The notes under the pieces are model-generated. The model searched no databases. It was not told the DNA's origin and was given only the letters and a program-made list of their open reading frames with translations. A program made the position numbers and the translations under genes. Below, in pieces: positions 10,489 through 23,306 of a DNA stretch of 64,000 bases (the stretch's first letter is position 1; every line of letters begins with the position of its first letter). Source of the DNA: an uncultured virus (IMG/VR IMGVR_UViG_2681813236_000004) (taxonomy: Duplodnaviria; Heunggongvirae; Uroviricota; Caudoviricetes); IMG/VR virus record IMGVR_UViG_2681813236_000004. One strand, 5' to 3'.

Positions 10489-10517
10489 AACCCCGGCAGC
10501 CGCCGGGGTTATTTTTG
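10489..10517. terminator. intrinsic terminator
   Basis: AACCCCGGC-agcc-GCCGGGGTT then ATTTTT. Confidence 0.85.
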
Positions 10518-10521
10518 ATGG

Positions 10522-13252
<2,731 letters not shown>

Positions 13253-13285
13253 TTAATTAGAATAATTCGCATCGTGTTTGAACGG

Positions 13286-13314
13286 AATTTAACACTAGTC
13301 ACTTGTTAAGGATT
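13286..13314. promoter_or_regulatory. divergent late promoters for prt and darB sharing one Lpa box
   Basis: TAGTCACTT / AAGTGACTA at 13296-13304 between divergent starts. Confidence 0.7.
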
Positions 13315-13318
13315 ACCA

Positions 13319-16300
13319 ATGAAAAAGCTATCTATGGGGGTGTTTCGCTGTTCAAGTGTCAGCGAAATATTGAAATACATTAGGGCAATAACATCTCACC
13401 GAGCGCCGATTAAATACGGCGTGGAAAAGGTGGAAGGCAAAAGCTATGACCGACTACGCCGGGAGGCGAATCAGAAGGCGATAGATTTGCTTAATTCGCT
13501 GGTGGACGGCGCGACACTGACAGATGAACAGCGCCAGATCCTGGCTGGGTACACCGGTGAAGGCGGCATTGGCGGGTCCGTCTCCGAATATTACACACCA
13601 AAGCCGATCGCTGAAGGTGTCTGGGAGATCATGAAGCTCTACGGCGCGGACGTAGGTAACACTCTGGAACCATCGGCGGGCACCGGCGTTTTTAATGAGA
13701 CAAAACCGGTTGGTACGGTGATGACCGCGACTGAGATCAGCAGTGTTTCCGGTCGTATAAACCAGCTGTTACATCCGGAAGACAGCGTACAGATTTCCCC
13801 GTTCGAACAACTGGCTGTAAGCACGCCTAACGATTCATTCGACCATGTTGTGGGTAACGTTCCGTTCGGCGGTCGTGATAACACACGCAACATCGATAAG
13901 CCTTACGCAGAAGAAACGGACATGGGGTCTTACTTCATGCTCCGCATGCTGGACAAGATAAAGCCAGGCGGATTCATGTGTGTGATTGTGCCGCCGTCCA
14001 TTGTTTCAGGTTCAAACATGAAGCGGTTGCGCCTGCGCCTATCCCGTAAAGCTGAATTTCTTGGCGCTCACCGCTTGCCTACCGGTACTTTTGACGCAAA
14101 CGGGACCAGTACGGTCGTAGATGTGGTGCTGATGCGCAAACATCCGGCAGAGATGGCTGAGAAAATCCCCCTGGTGGATGAAAGCACTCTTGAATCGGCA
14201 AATGTGCTTTGGCCAACGTTTATTTCTGGCAAGTGGTTTGAAAAGGACGGCCGCCGGTTTGTTCATGGTACCCAGGAAAAGGGCTTCCAGGGGCGTATTG
14301 AGGTTCGTGCCGACGGGCAGATTGATAACCAGGCTCTTAAAGCGAAGCTGATTCATCGTTTCGAAAGTCGTATCGACTGGTCTTTGCTCGATATGGCTGA
14401 ACCGTCACCGACCGCAGATGTTGTTGATGAAGGGGAAATGCGCCTGATTAATGGCGTATGGCAAAAATATGCTGGTGGTCGCTGGATTGAAGCTGATGCT
14501 GGTAAGGAGCTTAAAATTGATGCTGCCAGTTATGGCGCGGATAGCTGGGAGGCTCTTCAGCGTAACCTGACTACAACAGAAGGCCGTCTCGGTATGACAT
14601 TTACCCAGATGGCAAATGTCCGCGATAAGTACACCACATCAATCAGCGACGATATGGTGCAGCTGGTGGACTGGATTAACAGCCAGCCTGAAAAATACCG
14701 TGAACGCTTGTATCGCGGGGCGATGATTGGCTGGATGTTAATTGAATATCAGGACATGAAGGCCGCCGGGCATAGTGCTGAACAAATCGAACAGCAGCGC
14801 CTTTCTCTGGTATCCCGTTTGCAGGCAGAGATTGACCGTTTTGGTAACCCCGGTCGCGGTCCGATAGCGAAATTATCGGGGAGCGGTGCGCGCGCCTGGT
14901 TTGCTTTCCGTGGTGCAATTAAGCTGGATGGCACTATTTCTGACGAGCTGACAGGAAAACTGGTTACGCATGATTCCAGCGCCAGTTATGACTCCACCAG
15001 CTATCAGGACACCCTGCGTTATCTCTACAGTGATCTCACTCGCGATCCAATCCAGCTCGATGATTTCCGCCTTGCGTTTACCGGCGAACTGCCAGCCAGT
15101 GATGATGAGTTGCTTAATTTATTGGCCAGCACCCCTGGCATTGCGGTTTCACCGTATGGCGGGATTGTTCCGTTCGCCCGCGCCACCAGCGGCGACATTA
15201 ACGAGATAGTGGCTCCAAAACAGGAATTCCTCGCCACGCTCCCCGACGGTCCAGTAAAGAACAACGTCCTTAATCAGCTGGCAGCGATCGAAGAGAAGCG
15301 CATCAAGACGCCAGCAGAGAATATCCGCTTTAAGCTCAATAGCCGTTGGTTCGACCGTTCCGTCATTCTGGAGTTTTTGCAGGAAAACGGCTATCCGGAT
15401 CTGCGCTATGTGCAGTCAGTGCAGTTGGAAGGCGACGAAATGGTTTCTGACACCTATCACGGTGGTGATGGTTTGTTCGTCGGGCACCGATACGGTGTCG
15501 TCCAGCGCAAGGATAAAGAAACAGGCGAGATCCGCTACGAGTGGGACCGTAAATCAGGTGAAAACGCGACCGGGTTCCCGGCACAGCTGGAAAAGTATCT
15601 CAATGGTGCGCGTATCGGTGGCAAAGATAGCGCGACGGCGAACGGCTACCGCGAGCAGGTGGCACTGCTTGAGGACCAGTTCAATAAGTGGATCAAGACG
15701 CACGATCGCTACGATGAGCTGGTTGCCAAATACAACGATGTTTTCAATAGCAATATCCCGTATGAACACTCTGGCGATCCGCTTGGGTTGAAGGGATTAA
15801 GCGGTAAGCGACAGCCATTTGATTACCAGAATAGCGAGGTGCGCCGACTGTCCGAAGATGGGCGCGGCATCCTGGGCTTCGGTACCGGGCTGGGTAAAAC
15901 CACGACCGCGCTGGCGCTTGAGGCGTTCAACTATGAGAACGGTCGCTCCACCCGTACTGCTTATGTAGTACCTAAATCAGTGCTGGAAAACTGGTATTAC
16001 GAAGCAAAAGAGTTCCTGAGTGAAGAAGCCTTCAGTAACTACCTGTTCGTCGGTCTGGATGTACTGATGGACGGCGATCAGATTCGCCAGGTGCCGGTGC
16101 TCAATGAGAACGGTAAACCTGTACTTGATGCTGATGGCACTCCACTTATGCGCGATGCCCTTAAGCTGGCAGATGAAGCCACTATCACGGCGCGGATGAA
16201 CGCGATCCCGCACTCAAACTACCGTGCAGTCGTGTTTACCAAAGAACAATACGCCCGCATTCCGCTACGTGATGACACCGTAGATGAGCATGCACAAGAC

Positions 16301-19300
16301 ATGCTTTATGACTTCGTTGCTGCCGGGCGTGTGGCCAGCGCAATGGACTCCGATTCCCATCGCAAAGAGGCGGCGCGTCGCCGGGTATTGTCGGAGTATT
16401 CAGATACCGGTACCGAAAAAGCAGAGAAGTATCCGTACTTTGAGGATATGGGCTTCGACAGTGTGATCGCCGACGAAGGCCACAACTACCGCAATAGCTA
16501 TAAAAATGGTCGCGAAGCGTCACAGCTGGCCTATCTGCCCACCAGCGCGGTGGCGCAATCGGCGCGAGATATGGCAATCAAAAACGCGTACCTGATGAAA
16601 AAGAATGGTGGGCGTGGACCGGTTCTCCTGACTGCAACGCCAGTCGTTAACACCCCGATCGATGCATACAACATGCTTTCTCATGTTCTGCCGAAGGAAT
16701 ACTGGCAGAAGATGGGGATCTACGGTCCTGATGACTTCGTTAAATTCTTCGGCAAGACCAGGCTGGAAACGGTACAGAAAATCAGCGGTGAAGTTGAAGA
16801 AAAAATGGCGCTGGTGGGCTTTGAAAACCTTGATGCGCTGCGCGGCATATTCCATCGCTGGACAACGCTTAAAACGGCGGAAGACGTTAAGGATACCGTG
16901 GAGATCCCGGAACTGGACGAACACCAGCAGGATGCACCTCTTACTGAAGAACAACTGGCGGCGTATGAAGAATTGCGTCAGCAGGCGGAAGCGGCGGCCA
17001 AAGCCAACAATGGCGTAACGACCTCGGTCAATGAAGACGGCGTGATTGAGCACGAGAAAGCCCGTCCGATCTTCTCAATAATCAGGGATATGGACCGCGT
17101 ATGTACTGACATGGACCTGTACTATCGTCGGATCACCTATCGTTTCCTGCCGGAGTACGCCGATGCGGTGCAGCAGCTGGCGGACAGTTTGCCTAAACAA
17201 GCCACCAGCGAAGACGACGACAGTGATGATTCAATCACGCAGCAATCGCAATACTCCCTGATAGATAAGGGCGAGTTTATTCAGTTGCAGGTTCCGGAAG
17301 CGTTCGAGCAGGAAGTGAATAAGCGCCTGGCCAGGTTTGGCATTGACGAACAGACCGTAACTCACCCCGTTACGCCCAAATACGCGAAGCTGATTGCCAC
17401 GCTGAAGGAGTTTTTCCCGGAAGGTAAGCAAATCATCTTCACCGATGAAAAAACGCAGCACCAGAAGCTCAAGCGCATTATCTGCAATGCTCTTAACCTT
17501 GAACCTTCAAAGGTGGGGATCCTGAATGCTCAGACGGTTGCCGAGGCAGGTAAAACCGGTCAGAAACTGAAAGCTGTTAAACCGCCGAAAGAGCTACCGG
17601 ATGAACCAACAGATGCGCAGATAGCGAAATACAACGAGCAAATGGCTCTGTATGACGCCTATATCGCGCAGCAAAATGAAATGTCGCTGGGCGGGCTGGA
17701 AAAGATTGCTGCCGACTTCCAGGAGGGCCGGACTCCGATCATCATCTGCAACAAAAAGGCCGAGGTCGGTATCAACCTGCATCGAGGAACGACTGACATC
17801 CATCATCTGACGTTGCCATGGACACCAGCCAGTATCGCACAGCGTAACGGTCGCGGTGCCCGAGTTGGCTCCAACCGTGCAAGCGTTCGCGTTCACTACT
17901 ACTGCGGCAAGGGTTCTTTCGATGAATACCGACTGAAGACGCTGAAGCGTAAAGCAGGCTGGATCTCCGATATCCTCCGTTCAGATAAGTCAGAAATGGA
18001 GAACGCCGACGCCAATGATATGATCGAAATGCAGATGTATACCGCGAAGGATGACGGTGAACGTCTGGCAATGATGCAGGTTCAAATGGATAAGGCGAAA
18101 GCCGCGCAACGCGCTCGCCAGAAAGAACAGGCTACTATCGACCTTCAGAACTACATCAAGGCGCAGCACGCAGCTGGTGAGGATGTGGAGGTGCTTACCG
18201 CTGAATTAGAGCGAAGCAAAGCGGAACTTGAAAAGACCACCACCGAGGTCGCCAAATTCAAACAGGCGGTAATGGCCAAAGCAGCTGATAACGCAGACTG
18301 GAAGGCCCGCTGGGGTAGCGTCCATCACACAGACCGTACGTTGTTAGCACAGTATCGCGCGTCGTTGAAAAGCGCCATTCAGCGCAAGGCTAATATCTCT
18401 CAAGCCATCTCCCGCTATGAGAAATTATTGAACCGTACTCAGAAGGCCGCGACGGATATCAAACGCCTGCGCCCGCTGGTGGAGGATGCAATAAATAAAG
18501 GCATTCTGGATGTTGATCCTGATCTGGTTAACCATGCGAATAAGTTCCTTGTTATCGGCGATCGCTCATGGCGTGTAGGCCAATACTACGATTGTGCCGG
18601 TGATATCGTTCGCATTAAGTCGCTGGACTTCGACAGCCAGCGCGCAGACGTGGAGATCATCTTTACCTTCAAAGGCACCAAATCGGGTAACTGGGATGTG
18701 AAGACGCTGGATAAACAGGTGGATGTAACTCCCGATGAAGATGCTGTTATGCAGAAAATCAGTGGTGGCGTCTCCATCGCCGGGATTAACGACATCATTT
18801 CCTGTGACGATTTCTACCGTTTCCAGCAGCGCGGCATGATCAAAATAACTGACTCGTACGGCGTTCAGACTACAGAGTCAGGCTATAGCATTGATTTTGT
18901 TGGTACCTATACGGACCCACTGAAGCATGCGGTTTACCCGGATCGCCGTGACGGCGCGCTGAAGTCGTCAATTGCAAAATGGGTGCTTGGTATGATGTCG
19001 GAAGGGAATAACCGCCAGGTCCGTTTGGCAGAAGTATTCCTGACTGAACTGTTTGGCTCCAATTATGGCGATGTAATCGCGTCATACGGAGATACGCTAT
19101 CTCCTGAAGCAATTCAGGAGAAAATAGCGGATGCGATCGCCAGAATGCCGGAGAAAACAAGCCAGGGGGCTACTCGTAACGGTGATTCTGAACTTGAGGT
19201 CACCAATGCCATTTTCGGTACCCATGAGTTCCGGGCGTCAGATTATGAGATCACCACAGCACAGTTTGGCACCATTGGCATTTACAGCAATAAAGACGAG

Positions 19301-20086
19301 ATCAAGCAGGCAATGGACGCAGCAAGTGCGCGCATTGCAGCAGAACGGAAAGCCAATCTGAATCATGCAGTCGCCGCGCTGACTCAATCGTGGGTAACAG
19401 CAATCAGGGAGGCCGCCACCACAGGGAAAATCACACCGGCAATTGCGGATGTCGTAAACGACGGCTCTAAATTTATGGATGCCTATAAAATGGATGCGGT
19501 GCAGTTGCCATCAGCCTATGGGCAACTCAGCTATCGCATGACCTACAACCTGGTATCGATGTTTACCGACCTTGCCATCCTTGGGCTGGTGGACCTTAAC
19601 GAGGTTACGCCGGAATTGCTCAGCATGCGCAAGAATCATGTGGAGATATTGCAGAGTATTAACACGGTTCTTGCCGGGCGCACCGATGAAGAGAAACAGG
19701 CCGACGCTGATCGGATAAACCTGGCCCTTGGCAACATCACGGAGGAAGAAATTGCCGCCAGAAACGAGAAACAAGAAGAGTTATCATCAATACAGGGTGA
19801 TGCCACCAGCATAGCTCAGTCTCTTGGTCTGAATTATCGCGTATCCACCGCCGACCTGAAGATGATGTACGCACCAAAATTCGCCGCTGGCGAGGTATTT
19901 GGGCTTCAGGAAGCCTCAGGCATGAAAGGCGTTCTTTTCCGTGCGAAAGACGCAATCAAGGCGAAATTCGGCGCTCGCTGGCTGCCAGCGAAGGCGAAGA
20001 ACAGCGATTTCCTGGGTAACTGGTGGATTATCGAGACAAAACACAACGTGGCGGACGTTCTGGCCGTCATCCAACAATACGCATAA
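13319..20086 (+). CDS. darB: DarB antirestriction protein (N6-MTase plus SF2 helicase)
   Basis: LEPSAGTG and NVPF MTase motifs; GTGLGKT, DEGH, QRNGRGAR helicase motifs; 2255 aa. Confidence 0.97.
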   Translation: MKKLSMGVFRCSSVSEILKYIRAITSHRAPIKYGVEKVEGKSYDRLRREANQKAIDLLNSLVDGATLTDEQRQILAGYTGEGGIGGSVSEYYTPKPIAEGVWEIMKLYGADVGNTLEPSAGTGVFNETKPVGTVMTATEISSVSGRINQLLHPEDSVQISPFEQLAVSTPNDSFDHVVGNVPFGGRDNTRNIDKPYAEETDMGSYFMLRMLDKIKPGGFMCVIVPPSIVSGSNMKRLRLRLSRKAEFLGAHRLPTGTFDANGTSTVVDVVLMRKHPAEMAEKIPLVDESTLESANVLWPTFISGKWFEKDGRRFVHGTQEKGFQGRIEVRADGQIDNQALKAKLIHRFESRIDWSLLDMAEPSPTADVVDEGEMRLINGVWQKYAGGRWIEADAGKELKIDAASYGADSWEALQRNLTTTEGRLGMTFTQMANVRDKYTTSISDDMVQLVDWINSQPEKYRERLYRGAMIGWMLIEYQDMKAAGHSAEQIEQQRLSLVSRLQAEIDRFGNPGRGPIAKLSGSGARAWFAFRGAIKLDGTISDELTGKLVTHDSSASYDSTSYQDTLRYLYSDLTRDPIQLDDFRLAFTGELPASDDELLNLLASTPGIAVSPYGGIVPFARATSGDINEIVAPKQEFLATLPDGPVKNNVLNQLAAIEEKRIKTPAENIRFKLNSRWFDRSVILEFLQENGYPDLRYVQSVQLEGDEMVSDTYHGGDGLFVGHRYGVVQRKDKETGEIRYEWDRKSGENATGFPAQLEKYLNGARIGGKDSATANGYREQVALLEDQFNKWIKTHDRYDELVAKYNDVFNSNIPYEHSGDPLGLKGLSGKRQPFDYQNSEVRRLSEDGRGILGFGTGLGKTTTALALEAFNYENGRSTRTAYVVPKSVLENWYYEAKEFLSEEAFSNYLFVGLDVLMDGDQIRQVPVLNENGKPVLDADGTPLMRDALKLADEATITARMNAIPHSNYRAVVFTKEQYARIPLRDDTVDEHAQDMLYDFVAAGRVASAMDSDSHRKEAARRRVLSEYSDTGTEKAEKYPYFEDMGFDSVIADEGHNYRNSYKNGREASQLAYLPTSAVAQSARDMAIKNAYLMKKNGGRGPVLLTATPVVNTPIDAYNMLSHVLPKEYWQKMGIYGPDDFVKFFGKTRLETVQKISGEVEEKMALVGFENLDALRGIFHRWTTLKTAEDVKDTVEIPELDEHQQDAPLTEEQLAAYEELRQQAEAAAKANNGVTTSVNEDGVIEHEKARPIFSIIRDMDRVCTDMDLYYRRITYRFLPEYADAVQQLADSLPKQATSEDDDSDDSITQQSQYSLIDKGEFIQLQVPEAFEQEVNKRLARFGIDEQTVTHPVTPKYAKLIATLKEFFPEGKQIIFTDEKTQHQKLKRIICNALNLEPSKVGILNAQTVAEAGKTGQKLKAVKPPKELPDEPTDAQIAKYNEQMALYDAYIAQQNEMSLGGLEKIAADFQEGRTPIIICNKKAEVGINLHRGTTDIHHLTLPWTPASIAQRNGRGARVGSNRASVRVHYYCGKGSFDEYRLKTLKRKAGWISDILRSDKSEMENADANDMIEMQMYTAKDDGERLAMMQVQMDKAKAAQRARQKEQATIDLQNYIKAQHAAGEDVEVLTAELERSKAELEKTTTEVAKFKQAVMAKAADNADWKARWGSVHHTDRTLLAQYRASLKSAIQRKANISQAISRYEKLLNRTQKAATDIKRLRPLVEDAINKGILDVDPDLVNHANKFLVIGDRSWRVGQYYDCAGDIVRIKSLDFDSQRADVEIIFTFKGTKSGNWDVKTLDKQVDVTPDEDAVMQKISGGVSIAGINDIISCDDFYRFQQRGMIKITDSYGVQTTESGYSIDFVGTYTDPLKHAVYPDRRDGALKSSIAKWVLGMMSEGNNRQVRLAEVFLTELFGSNYGDVIASYGDTLSPEAIQEKIADAIARMPEKTSQGATRNGDSELEVTNAIFGTHEFRASDYEITTAQFGTIGIYSNKDEIKQAMDAASARIAAERKANLNHAVAALTQSWVTAIREAATTGKITPAIADVVNDGSKFMDAYKMDAVQLPSAYGQLSYRMTYNLVSMFTDLAILGLVDLNEVTPELLSMRKNHVEILQSINTVLAGRTDEEKQADADRINLALGNITEEEIAARNEKQEELSSIQGDATSIAQSLGLNYRVSTADLKMMYAPKFAAGEVFGLQEASGMKGVLFRAKDAIKAKFGARWLPAKAKNSDFLGNWWIIETKHNVADVLAVIQQYA

Positions 20087-20119
20087 CAGGAGCGCCCGGT
20101 TCGCCGGGCGTCGCATAAT

Positions 20120-20560
20120 ATGGCCACACTATCTGATACAATAAAACCGAATAAAACATATCTTGAGGCGGTACTGCGTACGGCGTTGTTAGGAAAGACA
20201 GAAGACGAATACGTTGATTTCTTCCTGTCAGGGCTACGCGGGCGATTACTGAAAAATCCCCGCCTGTACCGCAGCTATGGTCCATACTGGCCGGAAATTA
20301 AAAAATTATTACTGGAGCGCGGTTATGGTAATTTCGGTCGTCTCGTTGACCGTGACGTTCGCAAAATTTACCGTTATGACCGCCCGGCGCTGACACTCAT
20401 AGCCGCGACGCTCTACAGCCAGGAGCGTTTTGATAATGGTCAGATATACTCAGCCTGGCATTTACTGCCAGTGCCTGAAGAAGTTGACGATCAGGACTAT
20501 GAGTTTGAGTCTTACGATTTGGAAGTTGAAGCCTTGGCACAGGCTGGAGAGAAAACTTGA
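20120..20560 (+). CDS. ulx: Ulx, Dar system accessory
   Basis: 146 aa between darB and lxc. Confidence 0.88.
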   Translation: MATLSDTIKPNKTYLEAVLRTALLGKTEDEYVDFFLSGLRGRLLKNPRLYRSYGPYWPEIKKLLLERGYGNFGRLVDRDVRKIYRYDRPALTLIAATLYSQERFDNGQIYSAWHLLPVPEEVDDQDYEFESYDLEVEALAQAGEKT

Positions 20561-20805
20561 AAAAGCGATACTACACAGTAAAGCACGGGACGCTACGAGC
20601 ATTACAAGAGTTTGCTGACAAGCATAACGTTGAGGTGCGCAGGGAAGGGGGAAGTAAAGCTCTGCGCATGTACCGTCCGGACGGGAAATGGCGGACGGTC
20701 GTCGATTTCAAAACAAACAGTGTCCCCCAGGGCGTCCGCGACCGGGCATTCGAAGAATGGGAGCAGATCATCATAGATAATGCGTTGCTTCTGAATGCTG
20801 ATTAA
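20557..20805 (+). CDS. lxc: Lxc (Bof) corepressor
   Basis: 82 aa MKKRYYTVKHG, TTG start. Confidence 0.92.
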   Translation: MKKRYYTVKHGTLRALQEFADKHNVEVRREGGSKALRMYRPDGKWRTVVDFKTNSVPQGVRDRAFEEWEQIIIDNALLLNAD

Positions 20806-20820
20806 ACTTTCCGAGTTTAT

Positions 20821-20839
20821 GCCCGGCACTCGACCGGGC
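20821..20839. terminator. hairpin between convergent lxc and GNAT genes
   Basis: GCCCGG-cactcga-CCGGGC. Confidence 0.6.
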
Positions 20840-20925
20840 TGAAAAAGTTTTATGCAGAAGTAATCATGTTTAACATTTGGAGATTAAACCATTTGTGATC
20901 TTTTCAGCATTTTGGAGCTGTAGGG

Positions 20926-21531
20926 TTATTTTTTTGCCGATACCATAGCTTGTATAATGGTATCAATATCGCGATTATTTAACATGAAGATGGGGATATC
21001 ATTAATCTTGTCCGTCTTATTGGTACTCATCACGCAAAGCCCCTCATACATCCCTCGGGTTTTTGTGAAATTAGCGACTGGTGGAGTAGTGTAATTCCCT
21101 TTAAAGTGCATCCCCGCTGATTCATAAAAAGGAACTAAAGCAGACTGGCAAATCAATCCGACTTCATTTGGAAATGCAAGTATTTCTGCCAGTATCTTAC
21201 TTCCAAGTCCATTACCACGATATTGCTCATATACATAAATTTTATGACAGTACAATGGTAAGTTTCCTGATGGATGCCCAAAAATTAAGGCGTACCCGAA
21301 CAACTGTCCTTCATTAGTAAAGCCCATAATGCGTAAATGTCCGGCTCGGTAACACTCTTCAAATACGTCTATTATGTGGCTTCGTGCCGCTTTCAGTTCC
21401 TCTTCTGTCGCAAACATCATCATCCCCATCAGCGATGGGGTACAGGCCAGATCCTGAAGAATCCCATTAGCTTCATTTTCGAAGATTAATGGTAGGTGTG
21501 GTACAATTTCGTTTGTCGAAGTGTCAGACAT
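20926..21531 (-). CDS. GNAT-family acetyltransferase (accessory gene at the res-mod locus)
   Basis: IYVYEQYRGNGLG acetyl-CoA motif A, FYESAG motif B; SD AAGGAG. Confidence 0.85.
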   Translation of the reverse strand: MSDTSTNEIVPHLPLIFENEANGILQDLACTPSLMGMMMFATEEELKAARSHIIDVFEECYRAGHLRIMGFTNEGQLFGYALIFGHPSGNLPLYCHKIYVYEQYRGNGLGSKILAEILAFPNEVGLICQSALVPFYESAGMHFKGNYTTPPVANFTKTRGMYEGLCVMSTNKTDKINDIPIFMLNNRDIDTIIQAMVSAKK

Positions 21532-21677
21532 AGAAAAACTCCTTCGTTTTTTGAGCTGATGTTATCAGCGATAGCGATGAAGGAGAAACAATTTTGACTC
21601 TCTTAAAGAGGTTGCCCCTCTTGATAGAAAACGGAGAAATGGTAAACAACGATCTCCGTTTTTAAACAAATAGTCGG

Positions 21678-22319
21678 TTAAAAAAAATTTCCTTTTCCTG
21701 TTAACAATCCTTGCGGAACTTGCTTTTGTGTCAGCGCATGGGTACCGCGAATTATATTAATCAGGGGGCTTAGTAACGATGGTTCCTGATGGGTATCAAT
21801 TTCCCCAGCCATTGCCCTTATGTAGTCTGCGCTGGCAACGTTGTTGTATTCCGTCGCAAAGCAACATAGTAACGTCAGAACATGCTCTGTCGTTATTTCG
21901 CTCCAGTTGATGTTGAAAAATTCATCGCCTTTTTTATCGTGTTCGGAATCGAAGATGCTTTGGTGGAGGATGTATTTGCCGGATTCTTTGCGCGGTAACT
22001 TGATCGCTTTCTGGCGTTCCAGCGCCTTGTAAATCTGCATTGCTTCAATTAGTACCGGCCTGCTGTTCATGAAGGGATCGCGCAACCTTACACGCTGGCC
22101 AACTCGACCGGTAATAAAGCTGTTTTCCTCTTCCACCAGCACGATAAAACCCTTTTCCTCTTTTTCTCGCAATTCGCGCAGCAGCTGGAGTTCCATATCG
22201 CGGCGGCGTTCAGGGTAGCTGGTCCGCTCAGCCATTATCAGCTCGTTGTTGATCCATGCAGCAGTCATTGACGCCGGTTTGCCGACGCTCATTGAAACAA
22301 CGCATATTTTCTTATCCAT
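21678..22319 (-). CDS. mat: particle maturation protein Mat
   Basis: synteny, late promoter upstream; start may be at 22346. Confidence 0.82.
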   Translation of the reverse strand: MDKKICVVSMSVGKPASMTAAWINNELIMAERTSYPERRRDMELQLLRELREKEEKGFIVLVEEENSFITGRVGQRVRLRDPFMNSRPVLIEAMQIYKALERQKAIKLPRKESGKYILHQSIFDSEHDKKGDEFFNINWSEITTEHVLTLLCCFATEYNNVASADYIRAMAGEIDTHQEPSLLSPLINIIRGTHALTQKQVPQGLLTGKGNFF

Positions 22320-22448
22320 AGCCCCCCTACAAAAAAGAAAAGCCACCAGCGGCGGCTTAGCAATACAACAGAAGGTAGCGCCCGGTACTCAGACTGTGCC
22401 GTCCATGGAATATTTGAAAAGGGATCCATCCGTACCGGGCGTGTTGCA

Positions 22449-22467
22449 ATTTTGACAGAAGTAATTT
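22449..22467 (-). promoter_or_regulatory. late promoter of mat
   Basis: minus strand AAATTACTT, 4 nt, CAAAAT. Confidence 0.65.
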
Positions 22468-22492
22468 GTCAAATGTCAATTTTTTTTGCATT

Positions 22493-23215
22493 TTAAGTGC
22501 GAAATTTTACGTCCAAACTGTTAGCTAACTCTTGGACCATTTCTCGACCACCTGAATATATATCATTTAAGATGAAATCCATTATCTCGTAAGAACACTC
22601 TAAGTCTTCTGAGGTGACTTTTTCATAGCTATGACTCCCTGCATTTCCCAGAAATTTAATCGGCATTAAGAGATCTTTAAAGCGAGAATAATTATCAGGG
22701 ATTGCTTTAATTCTATTGTGAAGTTTGTCACCTTTTTTGTTAGGGACGTCGATAGCTGTAAGTAACTCTTCAATAGAAATCCTTATCAGATTTGCCGCAG
22801 CTCCTGGGCAGATCTTACTTAGGGTAAACGATGCCTCCAGTGGGGCAGAAATTTTTACAGGGCATTTTTCCGGAAGAGTGAAAAGTTTTAACCCCGGTAT
22901 AAAGCTCAAAGGTTCATACCAAGGTTTATATTGGATTCCGTTGTGTTCATCCCAGTCAGGTTCTAAGCCGCTTCTTCCTGAGCATGCAACAACTTCATTA
23001 CATTCTTGTCTTATACACTGGGACATACAGCTAAAGATTGAAGAAACATACTCCAGATCAAGCCATTCGTCTGATAGCATTTTTGTTGTACTAGCCGTTT
23101 CCTTACAAACAAAGGAATCTTCTAATATTCTCAGCGTCTTTTGCCCACAAGTTGGGCATGGCCACTCTACGGATTTAACATCCGAAAAGAATTTAGGAAT
23201 TCTGTGGATTGCCAT
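22493..23215 (-). CDS. Zn-ribbon plus DUF4145 (HEPN-like) protein
   Basis: CPTC and CxxCxxxxC N-terminus; AAANLIRISIE and KFLGNAGSH C-terminus; AT-rich. Confidence 0.75.
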   Translation of the reverse strand: MAIHRIPKFFSDVKSVEWPCPTCGQKTLRILEDSFVCKETASTTKMLSDEWLDLEYVSSIFSCMSQCIRQECNEVVACSGRSGLEPDWDEHNGIQYKPWYEPLSFIPGLKLFTLPEKCPVKISAPLEASFTLSKICPGAAANLIRISIEELLTAIDVPNKKGDKLHNRIKAIPDNYSRFKDLLMPIKFLGNAGSHSYEKVTSEDLECSYEIMDFILNDIYSGGREMVQELANSLDVKFRT

Positions 23216-23306
23216 TTTTTCATTTATCTCCTCCGATATAGGTAAGTCCGATGTTAGCAATGTGTTAATGATAATGCAAAGCAATGATTATAAAATAATA
23301 AATATA

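Noticed and set aside
10327..10518. Possible lydE ORF
   Set aside because: Overlaps lydD and runs through the terminator; identity cannot be confirmed from sequence.
20848..20866. Lpa-like box TGATTACTT on the minus strand
   Set aside because: Poor match that points antisense into lxc with no downstream gene.
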